A DNA stretch of 64,000 nt from Spirochaetes bacterium GWE1_32_154 (GCA_001829315.1 MIAY01000031.1:18040-82039), one strand, 5' to 3'; positions 30,092 through 40,283 are shown, numbered from the stretch's first letter. The notes: generated by a model from the letters alone, not told the origin. Translations and numbers: made by a program.

Positions 30092-30120
30092 ATTATAAAT
30101 AGGAAATCAAAAAAAGTCAA
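30092..30120 (-). promoter_or_regulatory. sigma70 promoter of the kinase-bEBP pair
   Basis: TTGACT-N17-TATAAT on the minus strand. Confidence 0.65.
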
Positions 30121-30149
30121 TAGAGCCTCAATAATATTTTAAATATTAC

Positions 30150-30270
30150 AGAGGTTCTTGCAAAAATCATGAGTACATTATTTTTGCTTCCGCCATATGC
30201 GATATAATCGCATTATAGGTAGCTTCATGCAAAAATTCGAGATAAATAAGGGATTTTTGCAAGAAGCTCT
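30150..30270 (-). repeat. MITE/REP-like palindromic element, long copy
   Basis: AGAGGTTCTTGCAAAAATCATGAGTAC...GATTTTTGCAAGAAGCTCT; reverse complement of 132-289 minus the 182-222 insert. Confidence 0.85.
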
Positions 30271-30271
30271 A

Positions 30272-31681
30272 TTATTTAGAATATGTAGTAAACATTAGTG
30301 ACGTTTCTGCATTTTTAATGACTTTAGTTTCTTTGGGCTTTAATCCCCTTGTATTAACCAGAATTTTTTCAGGCGTTCCGCCATTAATGACATAATACCC
30401 TGATTCACTATCAAATATGGCATCAGGAATGCTGTCAATTAAATCTTTCGTCGATGCAATTGCCTGAAGTGATTCAACACCAAATGGTGAGGACACCTGA
30501 AATTTTCCTAAACTGATCCATTTATTGACATCATCATCATTAACAAAAACAATAAATTTACGATTGTTTTTTGCCTCATTAAGTTCAAGTAAATATGAAA
30601 ATTCTTTGGCATTATGCAAAACATATCCTGCAAAATATATAAAACCAGACCGGTTTACCTTCGCAAGTAATTCAATTTCTTCGCCTTCAATAAATAAAAG
30701 ATTTGTTTTCCCTTTGTTTGTTGTCAGTTCAATTTTCATATCAGAAGATGACACTGCATTATTTAATAACGATGACATTGCTACATGTTCAGGTTTATAT
30801 GCTACATTAATATACGATGCAGGAAGAAAACGGGTGATCCTGCTTTTAATTATATTATTTTCTTTATCGAATAACTGTGAAACCATGTGTATTCCATCAT
30901 TCAAAATATCATAATTACTTCTTAAATAATATTTTGCATCTGAATACAATTGATGGTCTGACATTTTCAAAGATAGGTAATCATTTAACATTTTACTGAA
31001 TTGCGTTACTTCATTGGAATTCGCAGGCGTTGCAGGATAAATAAAAACACCTTTATATTCTTTAAAATCCTCTGCTATCAACAAAGCACCTTTTTCAATT
31101 GAATCACAATTATTCTGATACCCGCTAATCATTGTTAAGACATCTGATTTTGTGAGGCTCATATCAGGAATTTCGGAAATAGCAAGATATACCGAAACCA
31201 GACGGTATTTTTGATATGAAGTGACTAAAGTCATCAGTTCATTGAGTAACTTCAATTTAATATCATTTGTAGATTTTTCTATATTTTTAAGTAGACTTTC
31301 AACTTCGACCCCGATTTCTTTTAATTTCTCTTTATATAGAACAATTGACTTGTCCGTATCAAATGATGCTTTTGCTGAAAAAGGATATTCTTTTGTTTTA
31401 TTCTTCGTAATTTGAAATGTAGCACCCATAATTGGTAAATCTGTTTTTACATTCACATCACTTTTAACATATTCTGAATACGTATTTTTTGTATCATGAT
31501 TAACTTGTTCTGCGACACGACTGATTTCTGTTTTTACATTCGACTCGATTAATCCGGCAAGATCTTTTAATGCGTTCGCTTTTGCCTCATCCTGAGTAAC
31601 TCCGAAACCAATACCTTCTAGTTGTATGGAATACATAGCTAATGTTACTACTAACAAAAGCATAACAAATGTATACTTCAT
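30272..31681 (-). CDS. Exported protein, LPP20-like N-terminus and DUF4384-like C-terminus
   Basis: Signal peptide; G.G.TQDEAKANAL.DLA..I.S.V; F.EGE.I...PFGVESLQAIAS..TRGL; GGAG RBS before ATG 31681. Confidence 0.65.
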   Translation of the reverse strand: MKYTFVMLLLVVTLAMYSIQLEGIGFGVTQDEAKANALKDLAGLIESNVKTEISRVAEQVNHDTKNTYSEYVKSDVNVKTDLPIMGATFQITKNKTKEYPFSAKASFDTDKSIVLYKEKLKEIGVEVESLLKNIEKSTNDIKLKLLNELMTLVTSYQKYRLVSVYLAISEIPDMSLTKSDVLTMISGYQNNCDSIEKGALLIAEDFKEYKGVFIYPATPANSNEVTQFSKMLNDYLSLKMSDHQLYSDAKYYLRSNYDILNDGIHMVSQLFDKENNIIKSRITRFLPASYINVAYKPEHVAMSSLLNNAVSSSDMKIELTTNKGKTNLLFIEGEEIELLAKVNRSGFIYFAGYVLHNAKEFSYLLELNEAKNNRKFIVFVNDDDVNKWISLGKFQVSSPFGVESLQAIASTKDLIDSIPDAIFDSESGYYVINGGTPEKILVNTRGLKPKETKVIKNAETSLMFTTYSK

Positions 31682-31750
31682 ATTTTCTCCTTGCTGATAT
31701 TGTACACTATTTGATCTCAAAAAGAAACTCAATGTAATTTATTTTCATTC

Positions 31751-31765
31751 ATTTGCAAGAGCCTC
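31751..31765. repeat. Solo end of the palindromic repeat family
   Basis: ATTTGCAAGAGCCTC. Confidence 0.5.
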
Positions 31766-31836
31766 TTTACTTTATTAATCAATTTGATTATAAAAGATTA
31801 TAGAGTTTTATTTTGTTATCATAAAGGAGAAAACCT

Positions 31837-33141
31837 TTGAGAAGAGATATCGTCCCTGCAGGTGCAGATTCACTTTCTTATGAAATAAGAGAAATTGTTG
31901 TAATCGCTGAAATTCTTGAGAAAATGGGGTTACCATTAATTCACGAGAATATCGGGGATCCTGTCGCCAAGGGTGAAAAAATAGAACAATGGATTCGTGA
32001 TGAAATAAAAAAACTTCTTGATTTAGAAATATCCTGGGCATATTGCAATACTCAGGGAATACCTAAAACAAGAGAATTTCTTGCAGAAAGAACCAATAAA
32101 ATCGGCGGTATTCAAATAACAAAAGATGATATATACTTTTTCAATGGTTTAGGTGATGCTGTTGCAAAAATATTCGGTTTTCTAAAAAGAGAAGCCCGTG
32201 TAATCGGGCCGACTCCCGCATATTCAACTCATTCATCAGCAGAGGCAGCACATTCGGGGTATGAACATCTTACCTATAAACTTGACCCTGACAACAACTG
32301 GGAACCGGATGTTGAAGAAATATACAATAAAGCAAAATATAACGACAGTATAGCCGGCATTCTGGCAATAAATCCTCATAATCCTACAGGTTCTACAATT
32401 TCCCGCGACCGTTTAAAAAGAATTTGCGAAATTGCCGAAGAACTTGATTTATTTGTTATTTGTGATGAAATCTACTCGGAACTTGTTTATTCATCAGGAG
32501 AAACAACACGATTAGCAGAAGTAATCGGTAATGCCTGCGGGATCAGTTTACGGGGAATCAGCAAAGAAATACCTTGGCCCGGTTCACGATGTGGCTGGAT
32601 GGAAGTGTATAACAAAGATAAAGATCCTCAATTTGCAAAGTATATTGAAACTATTTTAAAAGCAAAACGACTTGAAGTGTGTTCAACAACACTACCCCAA
32701 ATGTCCATTCCCTATATTCTTGGTAATGAAAAATATCCGGCACATCTTAAAAAGCGAACTGCACGGTATGAAAAAAGAGCTAAAGAAGCCAAAGCAATTT
32801 TTGACAACACTCCGGGTATTAAATTTATTGAACCTAAGGGTGCTTTTTATATGGCAATTCTTTTTGAAGACAATATGATTAATGCTACAAAAACCTTAGC
32901 AATTGATAATCCTGAAGTCAAAGCTAAAATAGAATCATTGTGTAATGGTAAGTCAATCGCTGATGATAAACGGTTTGTCTATTATCTTCTTGGTTCAACA
33001 GGTATAATTACCGTTCCTCTGACCAGTTTTTATTCAAAGATTAATGGTATCAGGTTAACGCTTTTAGAAGAAAACGATGAAAAACGACTTGAGGTATTTA
33101 CCACCATCAGAAACAAAATGATTGAATATATACAGTCTTAA
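31837..33141 (+). CDS. PLP-dependent aminotransferase class I/II (AlaA-like)
   Basis: NIGDP, NPHNPTG, CDEIY, GISKEIPWPGSRCGW; TTG start after AAGGAG. Confidence 0.9.
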   Translation: MRRDIVPAGADSLSYEIREIVVIAEILEKMGLPLIHENIGDPVAKGEKIEQWIRDEIKKLLDLEISWAYCNTQGIPKTREFLAERTNKIGGIQITKDDIYFFNGLGDAVAKIFGFLKREARVIGPTPAYSTHSSAEAAHSGYEHLTYKLDPDNNWEPDVEEIYNKAKYNDSIAGILAINPHNPTGSTISRDRLKRICEIAEELDLFVICDEIYSELVYSSGETTRLAEVIGNACGISLRGISKEIPWPGSRCGWMEVYNKDKDPQFAKYIETILKAKRLEVCSTTLPQMSIPYILGNEKYPAHLKKRTARYEKRAKEAKAIFDNTPGIKFIEPKGAFYMAILFEDNMINATKTLAIDNPEVKAKIESLCNGKSIADDKRFVYYLLGSTGIITVPLTSFYSKINGIRLTLLEENDEKRLEVFTTIRNKMIEYIQS

Positions 33142-33174
33142 TTAAAAATATTCGATTATAAATAGGAGTTTAGT

Positions 33175-33645
33175 ATGAACATTTCAGGTCTCACTATGTT
33201 ATTATTATTTATTTTTATGCTTTTTAATTGTTTGATTTTACTATTAACCAATCATGAAAAGAAAATACGAATTAGAGTTATGCTGACAATTGATTTTTCA
33301 CTCCTGTACATTCTATTTATTTTCATTATTGTTTCATTTATAAGTTTAAAAAAAGTTGAATATATCAATCTCTATATAGCAGCCGGCATTTTTACATTTT
33401 TGTATGATGTCATATTATTTAACCTCGTTAAAATAATGTTTGTTCAGGGGTATATCAAAACTGATGATACTTTCAATAATGCAATTGCCGAAGCAATGAT
33501 TCATTTATCCAATGGAGATAAAAAATCAGCACTAAGCTGCATAAAGCATGTAAGTGATAAAAACCCCGGCTCTGTTATACTTGTTTCAATAAAAAATATG
33601 ATCGATACTTATACGATTCCTGAAAAAAAAACCGATGAAAAATGA
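33175..33645 (+). CDS. Hypothetical membrane protein
   Basis: Three TM helices and a short TPR-like tail; AGGAG RBS. Confidence 0.65.
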   Translation: MNISGLTMLLLFIFMLFNCLILLLTNHEKKIRIRVMLTIDFSLLYILFIFIIVSFISLKKVEYINLYIAAGIFTFLYDVILFNLVKIMFVQGYIKTDDTFNNAIAEAMIHLSNGDKKSALSCIKHVSDKNPGSVILVSIKNMIDTYTIPEKKTDEK

Positions 33646-35341
33646 AAATATTTTCTTTCTCAGTCACTCAAGTGAAAAACAGGTTGATATACTTCTCGTA
33701 ACCGGAGATGCCTACATTGACCATCCGTCTTTTGGGATTGCTATTATATCAAGAGTTCTTGAGAATGCGGGATATTCCGTTTGCATTGTAAGTCAGCCTG
33801 ATTATAAAAACCGGGCATTTCTTGATTCATTACCTGATGTGAGATTATTTATTGGGGTTTCAGCAGGCAATCTTGACAGCGTTGTTTCAAATTACACGAG
33901 TAATAGAAATAGACGGAAAGAAGATGATTATTCCATAGATGGTTGCATGATTTTTCCTGAGGGGCATTTAAAAAGACCCGATAGAGCATCAATCACATAT
34001 GTGTCTTATTTAAAACAACGTTATAAACACATTCCAATTGTTCTGGGCGGTATTGAGGCTTCATTAAGACGGTTTGCACATTACGATTTCGTGCAGGATA
34101 AAATACGCCAGTCGATACTATTAGACACGAAAGCTGATTGTCTTGTCTACGGGATGGGTGAAAAAGCGGTTGTTGACATTGCAAAGCGATTAGACGGCAA
34201 AAACGATCTTTTTGGAATACCCGGAACAGCAATAGCATTTGACTCAAATAAATTATCAGTTATTACTAACAATCAACCATATACCGCTTTGCCTTCGTAT
34301 GAAGAAATACTCTCTGAGCCATACAATCTAATCAAAGCCACAATGATTATTGAAGAGAATATGACCGGATTGTCCAGTGAAAACCTTATTCAATTTTCAG
34401 GAAATAAAGCAGTACTGACATTCAGTCCGCAAAAGACAGTAACACAAAATGAAATTGATGAGATATACAACTTACCATACAGAAGAGATTTCCCTGCTTA
34501 TTGTGAGTCAATACCCGCTTACCGAATGATTAAAGATTCCATAACATCCCATAGAGGGTGCTACGGAAGATGCAGTTTTTGCGCCATTGCATCACATCAG
34601 GGGCCTTTTATCAGTTCCCGAAGTGAATCATCAATTATTCAGGAGGCTTTATCTATATCTGAAAAAAGTTCGTTTAAAGGTACAATTTCTGATATCGGGG
34701 GCCCGACTGCAAATATGTATGGTTCATACTGTTCTATTGGCGGTTGCAAAAAAGCAAACTGCCTCTACCCCGGGATTTGTAAAAATCTTGTTATACGACA
34801 GGATATTTTTGCTGAAGTGATACAAAAAGTAAAAAACACAAAGGGGATAAAACACATTTTTATTAATTCCGGGCTTCGATATGACATTATGCTTACCGAT
34901 GAAATATCAAGTGAATATATTATTGTCAATCATACATCAGGGTTATTAAAAGTTGCACCTGAACATACAAATAACGCAATTTTACAACTAATGAGAAAGC
35001 CGTCGTTTACCGTATTTGAACGATTTATTCAATTATTTAATAGAATTAAAAAGAAAAACAATTTGAACTATTATATTCTTCCTTATATAATTCTTTCTCA
35101 TCCGGGAAGTGACAATAACAGTGCAGAAGAACTTGGTAAAACACTGATTAAACATTCTATAGCAACAAAACAATATCAGGATTTCACGCCGACACCGGGA
35201 ACTGTTTCAACGGCAATGTATTATGCCGGAAAAAATGTTGATAACCAGCCCATTCATATACCAAAACATTCATCTCTCAATAACCCCCAGCGAAATATTG
35301 TTGAACGGTTGTTAAAAAGCAATCATGGAAAAAACCGTTAA
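33635..35341 (+). CDS. ygiQ: YgiQ family (UPF0313) radical SAM protein
   Basis: TGDAYIDHPSFG, GGIEASLRR, HRGCYGRCSFC, DIGGPTANMY, LKVAPEH. Confidence 0.9.
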   Translation: MKNENIFFLSHSSEKQVDILLVTGDAYIDHPSFGIAIISRVLENAGYSVCIVSQPDYKNRAFLDSLPDVRLFIGVSAGNLDSVVSNYTSNRNRRKEDDYSIDGCMIFPEGHLKRPDRASITYVSYLKQRYKHIPIVLGGIEASLRRFAHYDFVQDKIRQSILLDTKADCLVYGMGEKAVVDIAKRLDGKNDLFGIPGTAIAFDSNKLSVITNNQPYTALPSYEEILSEPYNLIKATMIIEENMTGLSSENLIQFSGNKAVLTFSPQKTVTQNEIDEIYNLPYRRDFPAYCESIPAYRMIKDSITSHRGCYGRCSFCAIASHQGPFISSRSESSIIQEALSISEKSSFKGTISDIGGPTANMYGSYCSIGGCKKANCLYPGICKNLVIRQDIFAEVIQKVKNTKGIKHIFINSGLRYDIMLTDEISSEYIIVNHTSGLLKVAPEHTNNAILQLMRKPSFTVFERFIQLFNRIKKKNNLNYYILPYIILSHPGSDNNSAEELGKTLIKHSIATKQYQDFTPTPGTVSTAMYYAGKNVDNQPIHIPKHSSLNNPQRNIVERLLKSNHGKNR

Positions 35342-35829
35342 ATTCGCAAGGTAATTTCTTTGACTATCGCTTCAAGATCAAGACCGGAACACTCAACAGT
35401 TATTTCAGCAAATTGTTTATAAAGTGGCAGTCTTTCATTATACAAATCAAGAAGGCTAAAACCATCTTCGATCACAATGCCTCTTGTTGAAATATTTTTA
35501 ATCCGTTTGTTAACTTCCTCGAAATCCAACTGTAAATAAACAACCGTTCCATCTTCTTTTAAATGTTTCATTCCGTTTGCGGAATAAACAGCACTACCAC
35601 CTGTTGCAATTACAGAGTCTTTTACTGAAATAGTTGATAAAATAGTATTCTCGATTTTCTTAAATGCAACTAATCCGTTTTTATTCAAAATATCTTGTAA
35701 AACAGCACCATGAATCTGCTGAATAACTAAATCAGTATCAAGGAAATTCAGTCCGAGAGTTTTTGCAAGCACAACACCGATTGTGCTTTTTCCGGCCCCC
35801 GGCATTCCGATTAAAATAATATTTTTCAT
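35338..35829 (-). CDS. aroK: Shikimate kinase
   Basis: GMPGAGKST, DTD, ATGGS, ERLPLY. Confidence 0.93.
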   Translation of the reverse strand: MKNIILIGMPGAGKSTIGVVLAKTLGLNFLDTDLVIQQIHGAVLQDILNKNGLVAFKKIENTILSTISVKDSVIATGGSAVYSANGMKHLKEDGTVVYLQLDFEEVNKRIKNISTRGIVIEDGFSLLDLYNERLPLYKQFAEITVECSGLDLEAIVKEITLRI

Positions 35830-35984
35830 GTGATCACCCCAAATCATAGTATATTAAATACCTGTATTTATATCAAGTAAAAAAAACCTATTATTCTATC
35901 GTTCGAAAGTTATAATATAAGAAACTTTCCTTTACTAATATTTCTTTTGAAAAAAGTTAACACGAATACATGTTTATTAGAGTT

Positions 35985-36488
35985 TTATTCAGAATGTTTG
36001 TAAATAATAGTCATGTCTATGAGTTGATAGTTTAAATTTAAATGTAATATACAGTTATTTTCACTTTCATTCGTTCCCATATGTGTCTGAAACTCAGTAG
36101 AACTAACAACAACATCTCGGCGACGCTCAATAATCTCTTTAAGTAAACCTAAAATCACACCATTTTTTAAAACAAGAAAAAGCCTTAATATATATCTTAA
36201 AATAGTAGCAAAACTAAATGAGTGAAACCTCAATCTTATAAATCGTATAACATCAAAATTATACTCTCGAATTTTAATGGTAATATCCTCAGGAACCGAA
36301 ACAGCCTCATCATTTAATCCAATACTATAAGGATTTTTAATTTCTTCATTAATATAAGGCATCATAGTTTCAAAAATCCAATTAATTGCCCCTTCACGAC
36401 TGCTGATATTCATCTTTTCCTTAAATTTATCAATCTCCTCGAGCAAAAAAACATCAATTTTAAAGTGAAATCGGTGAGTAGTATACAT
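35985..36488 (-). CDS. Hypothetical protein with two ribbon-helix-helix-like repeats (DUF1564-like)
   Basis: RFHFKID..LLEEID....SREGAINWIF and DITIKI...FDVI....SFATILRYIL strand-helix-helix patterns; GGAGG RBS. Confidence 0.55.
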   Translation of the reverse strand: MYTTHRFHFKIDVFLLEEIDKFKEKMNISSREGAINWIFETMMPYINEEIKNPYSIGLNDEAVSVPEDITIKIREYNFDVIRFIRLRFHSFSFATILRYILRLFLVLKNGVILGLLKEIIERRRDVVVSSTEFQTHMGTNESENNCILHLNLNYQLIDMTIIYKHSE

Positions 36489-36654
36489 TTTTATCCTCCA
36501 TTGATATTAAAGGATAAAAAGTGAAAAACATGCGGCATTTAAAACAAAAAATAGCAATTTTTTTTCAAGATCACTACTTATATATCACAAAACATATTAA
36601 TTAAATTGCCATGATTATTATTCAAATCTGCTAAATACACTCCCAATTCAGTAC

Positions 36655-37839
36655 TTAATTCCTGACTGAAACAGAACCGTTTTGCGTTGAAATAATCAGA
36701 GAAGGTCCTCCATTTCCCATTAAACCGAGTAGTTTATCATAATGCTTTTCGGTTACCACAATAGATCTGCCTGTATTTATATTTCCCCGGGGATTATATA
36801 TTTCTAATGAAGCATTAATTGAATTGTTAAACGAAACCGAAATATCACCATTATCGGTAGTTAACACAGTACCCGATTGCGGCATAGAATTAATATCTGC
36901 GGTTATACTTCCATTAACTGTTTTACATTTCATAACACCGCCAACATTAGAAAGTTTTATACTTCCGTTTTCAGATTGCGCATCAATTAAACCGCTTACT
37001 CCCCTTACTCGTGTAAGTCCTTCAGAGATGCTGGTTTTTGCATTACCATTTAATCCACTTATTTGTATAGAACCACTCATAACATGTATATACGCATCAC
37101 CTGAGGAATTTATAAGTGTAATATCACCTCTATTTATTGTTGAATTAACAAACCCACTCAGGGTTTGTATAGTAATTTTACCACTTCTTAAATCAGAAAC
37201 AAGATTTCCCTGAATATTAATAATTGATATTTTCCCCGTTGAAACAGTAAGACTGACATCTCCGATAATACCATCCAGAGAAATATCACCGTTATTGGTT
37301 GTTACCTTGAGTGAACCGGCAATATTTACTCCATTTACAGAACTGTTATTTGACACTATTGAAATTGCCCCGAAAACATCACGAAGGTCAACCAAACCAT
37401 TATTACAAATAATGGTATTAATCTTTAATGAAACCGGTACTTTTATCTCAAGATATACAAAAACCTTTTCTTCGTCTATGGTATATTTTGTTTCAACAAT
37501 TGTTTTATTCTTAACAGTGTCCTCACGAACTTCAAGCCTAACTTTCTCTATTTCGTTATTTCCCTGCCATGCCCAGGAAATCTTTTTCATAGTAATAATA
37601 ACATCATTACGCTGATGACTCATTATTGAAACAGAACCATTCCGATTTATTATATTCAAAACGGTGTCAGGGTTTATTGCATACGATTGTTCAGTAATTA
37701 ATTGTGCTTCACTAAAAATATCCGGCACAGAGAAAACTGAAAATACCAGGATAAAAAACAATACTTTCATTAGTGCTGATATTTTCAAAACGGGCTCTTT
37801 CAGGAGCCTGTTTTGAAATGGATTATTATTTATTAACAT
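36655..37839 (-). CDS. DUF4097 family beta-strand repeat protein
   Basis: Signal/TM segment followed by many xNGxI/xSGxI repeats. Confidence 0.85.
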   Translation of the reverse strand: MLINNNPFQNRLLKEPVLKISALMKVLFFILVFSVFSVPDIFSEAQLITEQSYAINPDTVLNIINRNGSVSIMSHQRNDVIITMKKISWAWQGNNEIEKVRLEVREDTVKNKTIVETKYTIDEEKVFVYLEIKVPVSLKINTIICNNGLVDLRDVFGAISIVSNNSSVNGVNIAGSLKVTTNNGDISLDGIIGDVSLTVSTGKISIINIQGNLVSDLRSGKITIQTLSGFVNSTINRGDITLINSSGDAYIHVMSGSIQISGLNGNAKTSISEGLTRVRGVSGLIDAQSENGSIKLSNVGGVMKCKTVNGSITADINSMPQSGTVLTTDNGDISVSFNNSINASLEIYNPRGNINTGRSIVVTEKHYDKLLGLMGNGGPSLIISTQNGSVSVRN

Positions 37840-38506
37840 CTATATTTCCGGTTGTTAATTTTAGATATATTGAATATGTTCCATTACCGGTTTCAGCTAC
37901 AAAATTATTTGAAATGTTACCGGTAGTGACCTCTGTTCTAATCTTTTTATAATTCTCTGTTTTTACACTGGCTGTAATATTTCCGGTTGTTGATTGAATT
38001 GTACAATCATTTGTCAAATCCCATATCTCAGCAGAAATATTACCTGTCGTACATTTAACATTTCCTGTATACTTTGTATTTAATACTTTAATATCCCCTG
38101 TTGTTGTTTCAATACCTGACGCTAATTCTCCGCCGTTAATAGTAATATTACCGGTGGTTATCGTTGCTTTAATATTGATTGAAGCAGGAATTTTTATTTC
38201 ATAATCGACAGAAACACCATTGCAATAATCTGGATACACCGTTTTAATAGAATAAGTTTCTTCATCAGTTATTGAAACAGTAACATCAGATGCATCATCT
38301 TTAAAGACTGCTTTTTTTGTTGCTTTTACTTCAATGTAATTGTTATCCCATTTTGTAATGTTTAGATTTCCCGTTGTATTTTCCACACTTATAGATTTTG
38401 TTGAAGTAAATGTTGATGTATAGGTATCTGTTGAAACCTCTTCCATTGTACATCCTGCCAAGAACAAAGTTACCATACCCACTAATAAACTATTTTTTAT
38501 TGTCAT
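37826..38506 (-). CDS. DUF4097 family lipoprotein
   Basis: LAGC lipobox; repeated TTG(N/D)I motif. Confidence 0.85.
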   Translation of the reverse strand: MTIKNSLLVGMVTLFLAGCTMEEVSTDTYTSTFTSTKSISVENTTGNLNITKWDNNYIEVKATKKAVFKDDASDVTVSITDEETYSIKTVYPDYCNGVSVDYEIKIPASINIKATITTGNITINGGELASGIETTTGDIKVLNTKYTGNVKCTTGNISAEIWDLTNDCTIQSTTGNITASVKTENYKKIRTEVTTGNISNNFVAETGNGTYSIYLKLTTGNIDVNK

Positions 38507-38529
38507 TTCAGACCTCCATACAGAACATT

Positions 38530-38545
38530 AGCAAATTATGTGCCA
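38530..38545 (-). promoter_or_regulatory. sigma54 promoter of the DUF4097 operon
   Basis: Minus strand TGGCACATAATTTGCT, near-perfect consensus. Confidence 0.85.
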
Positions 38546-38645
38546 TTACACATAAGTCCCCTGAATATGCCAAATGTTACTATACTAATGCAGAATAATC
38601 CCCTATGTGGTAAAAATTCAATAACGGTATATATTAGTACGACAA

Positions 38646-38664
38646 TGTCGCCAAAATTGCGACA
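38646..38664. promoter_or_regulatory. Putative shared bEBP enhancer
   Basis: TGTCGC-N7-GCGACA perfect inverted repeat between the two sigma54 promoters. Confidence 0.7.
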
Positions 38665-38713
38665 AAATACAGATAAAACAGATAATTCTCTAAGTCTTTT
38701 CAATAGCTATATC

Positions 38714-38729
38714 AGGCACGACATTTGCT
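38714..38729 (+). promoter_or_regulatory. sigma54 promoter of the repeat protein-kinase-bEBP operon
   Basis: AGGCACGACATTTGCT (GG-N10-GC), followed by GGAG and ATG 38752. Confidence 0.8.
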
Positions 38730-38751
38730 TGTAATACTCAGGAGATATAAA

Positions 38752-40275
38752 ATGAATAGAATATATGCACTTTGTTTATGTATTATCATGCTGAGCGGGT
38801 CACTCTTTGCAGAAGATATTATAGAAGATACGCTTGATGAGTCATCAAGAATTGAAAACTCACTGGATGAAGTTGTAACTGAAGCGCAAGAGAAAACTTC
38901 AAAAAAGAAAGACTATAAAATCAAAAGAAAAACGGTAACTGAAAAAATCGATTTAAAAATACTCGATAGAAATATGAAAAAATCATACTACATTTACTTT
39001 TTTGCCGGAGTCATTGTAGGTGATTTCACCCCCAATTTTGTTATCCAACCTTCATTAGCATTTAACTGGAATAACAATTCAAGCCCGATTTATGGTATAC
39101 AAACAACACTTGGTTTCAACTATGCAGGTTTGAAAAGCCCTGTTTATCTCGGTCAGAACTCACTCGGGTTAAATCTATCACGATCCAACCTTTTTGTGGC
39201 ACAAAATACACTTGGTGCAAACATTATGGGAGAAGATACAATTTTAGGCGGGTTCCAATCATCTCTGGGGGCTAATATCAATTTGGTTAATACAAAAATT
39301 ATGGGGATACAGAGTACGCTTGGTGCTAATATCCAGGCTAACTATTCAACCGTTGCCGGGGTTCAATCGTCACTTGGTATAAATACATTCGGTAATCACG
39401 GTGCTTTATATGGTATACAATCAACTCTCGGGGCTAACGTTTTCGGTAATTACTCAAAAATATATGGTATACAGACATCACTTGGTGCTAATATCCAGTC
39501 ACACTACTCGGAAATGTTCGGTATTCAATCAACACTTGGTATTAATATACTGGGTAATTTCTCTAAATCATATGGTATGAGAACAAGTTTAGCAATAAAT
39601 TATTTGGGTAAAAATGGTGATAGTGCAGGTTTGGAAACGGCATTACTTGGAAACATTAACAGATCGCGTTTTAGCGGGTTACAGACTTCATTAGGCTTTA
39701 ATATTGTGAAAGACAGCTTTTCAGGGATTCAATCTACTTTAGGTATTAATGTAAACTCTCATACAACAAAAGGTATTCAAGTATCACTTATCGGTAATAA
39801 CAGTTCGACTTCTGTTCAGGGGCTTCAATGGTCATCTATTTTTAACACAACAAAACAGTTATCCGGTGTGCAGATGGGGTTAATGAATGCAACTTTATTT
39901 GCATTTTCAATTAATCAGCTCTCATATATCAGCCAGAATGGAATGAGTTTCAGATCAATGCATAATGCACAAAATATCTGGAGAAATGATCAGTATACTA
40001 CTCCGCTTTACACAGCGTTAATTGTCACCAGTGCATTATTAAGCCCTTCATTAGTTAATGTTGCATCACAAAAAATGGATGGTTTACAATATGGAATTGT
40101 GAATGTTGCAGGACATGCCCGGGGAGTTCAAATCGGTTTAGTTAACTATGCAAAATCGTTAGCCGGTATTCAAATAGGATTAATCAATGTTGTCGGTTTA
40201 CAAGGCGGGGCATTACCGTTTTTTCCAATATTAAATGTCGGAATTGGTAGTAGAACTCCTAAAAAAAGTTTATAA
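38752..40275 (+). CDS. Exported beta-solenoid repeat protein (LA_2272-like repeats)
   Basis: Signal peptide; about 16 repeats of xxG(I/V)Q(S/T)(S/T)LGxN with a 16-18 aa period; C-terminal GVQIGLVN / GIQIGLIN...FFPILN. Confidence 0.8.
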   Translation: MNRIYALCLCIIMLSGSLFAEDIIEDTLDESSRIENSLDEVVTEAQEKTSKKKDYKIKRKTVTEKIDLKILDRNMKKSYYIYFFAGVIVGDFTPNFVIQPSLAFNWNNNSSPIYGIQTTLGFNYAGLKSPVYLGQNSLGLNLSRSNLFVAQNTLGANIMGEDTILGGFQSSLGANINLVNTKIMGIQSTLGANIQANYSTVAGVQSSLGINTFGNHGALYGIQSTLGANVFGNYSKIYGIQTSLGANIQSHYSEMFGIQSTLGINILGNFSKSYGMRTSLAINYLGKNGDSAGLETALLGNINRSRFSGLQTSLGFNIVKDSFSGIQSTLGINVNSHTTKGIQVSLIGNNSSTSVQGLQWSSIFNTTKQLSGVQMGLMNATLFAFSINQLSYISQNGMSFRSMHNAQNIWRNDQYTTPLYTALIVTSALLSPSLVNVASQKMDGLQYGIVNVAGHARGVQIGLVNYAKSLAGIQIGLINVVGLQGGALPFFPILNVGIGSRTPKKSL

Positions 40276-40283
40276 TAACTTCT

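Noticed and set aside
38725-38751. TTG start of the repeat protein given in the ORF track
   Set aside because: It coincides with the -12 element of the sigma54 promoter; GGAG-ATG at 38752 gives a proper signal peptide
39085-39890. Repeat-protein DNA as a DGR template/variable repeat pair or VNTR
   Set aside because: Differences between units are mostly synonymous and not adenine-specific, and there is no reverse transcriptase in the window
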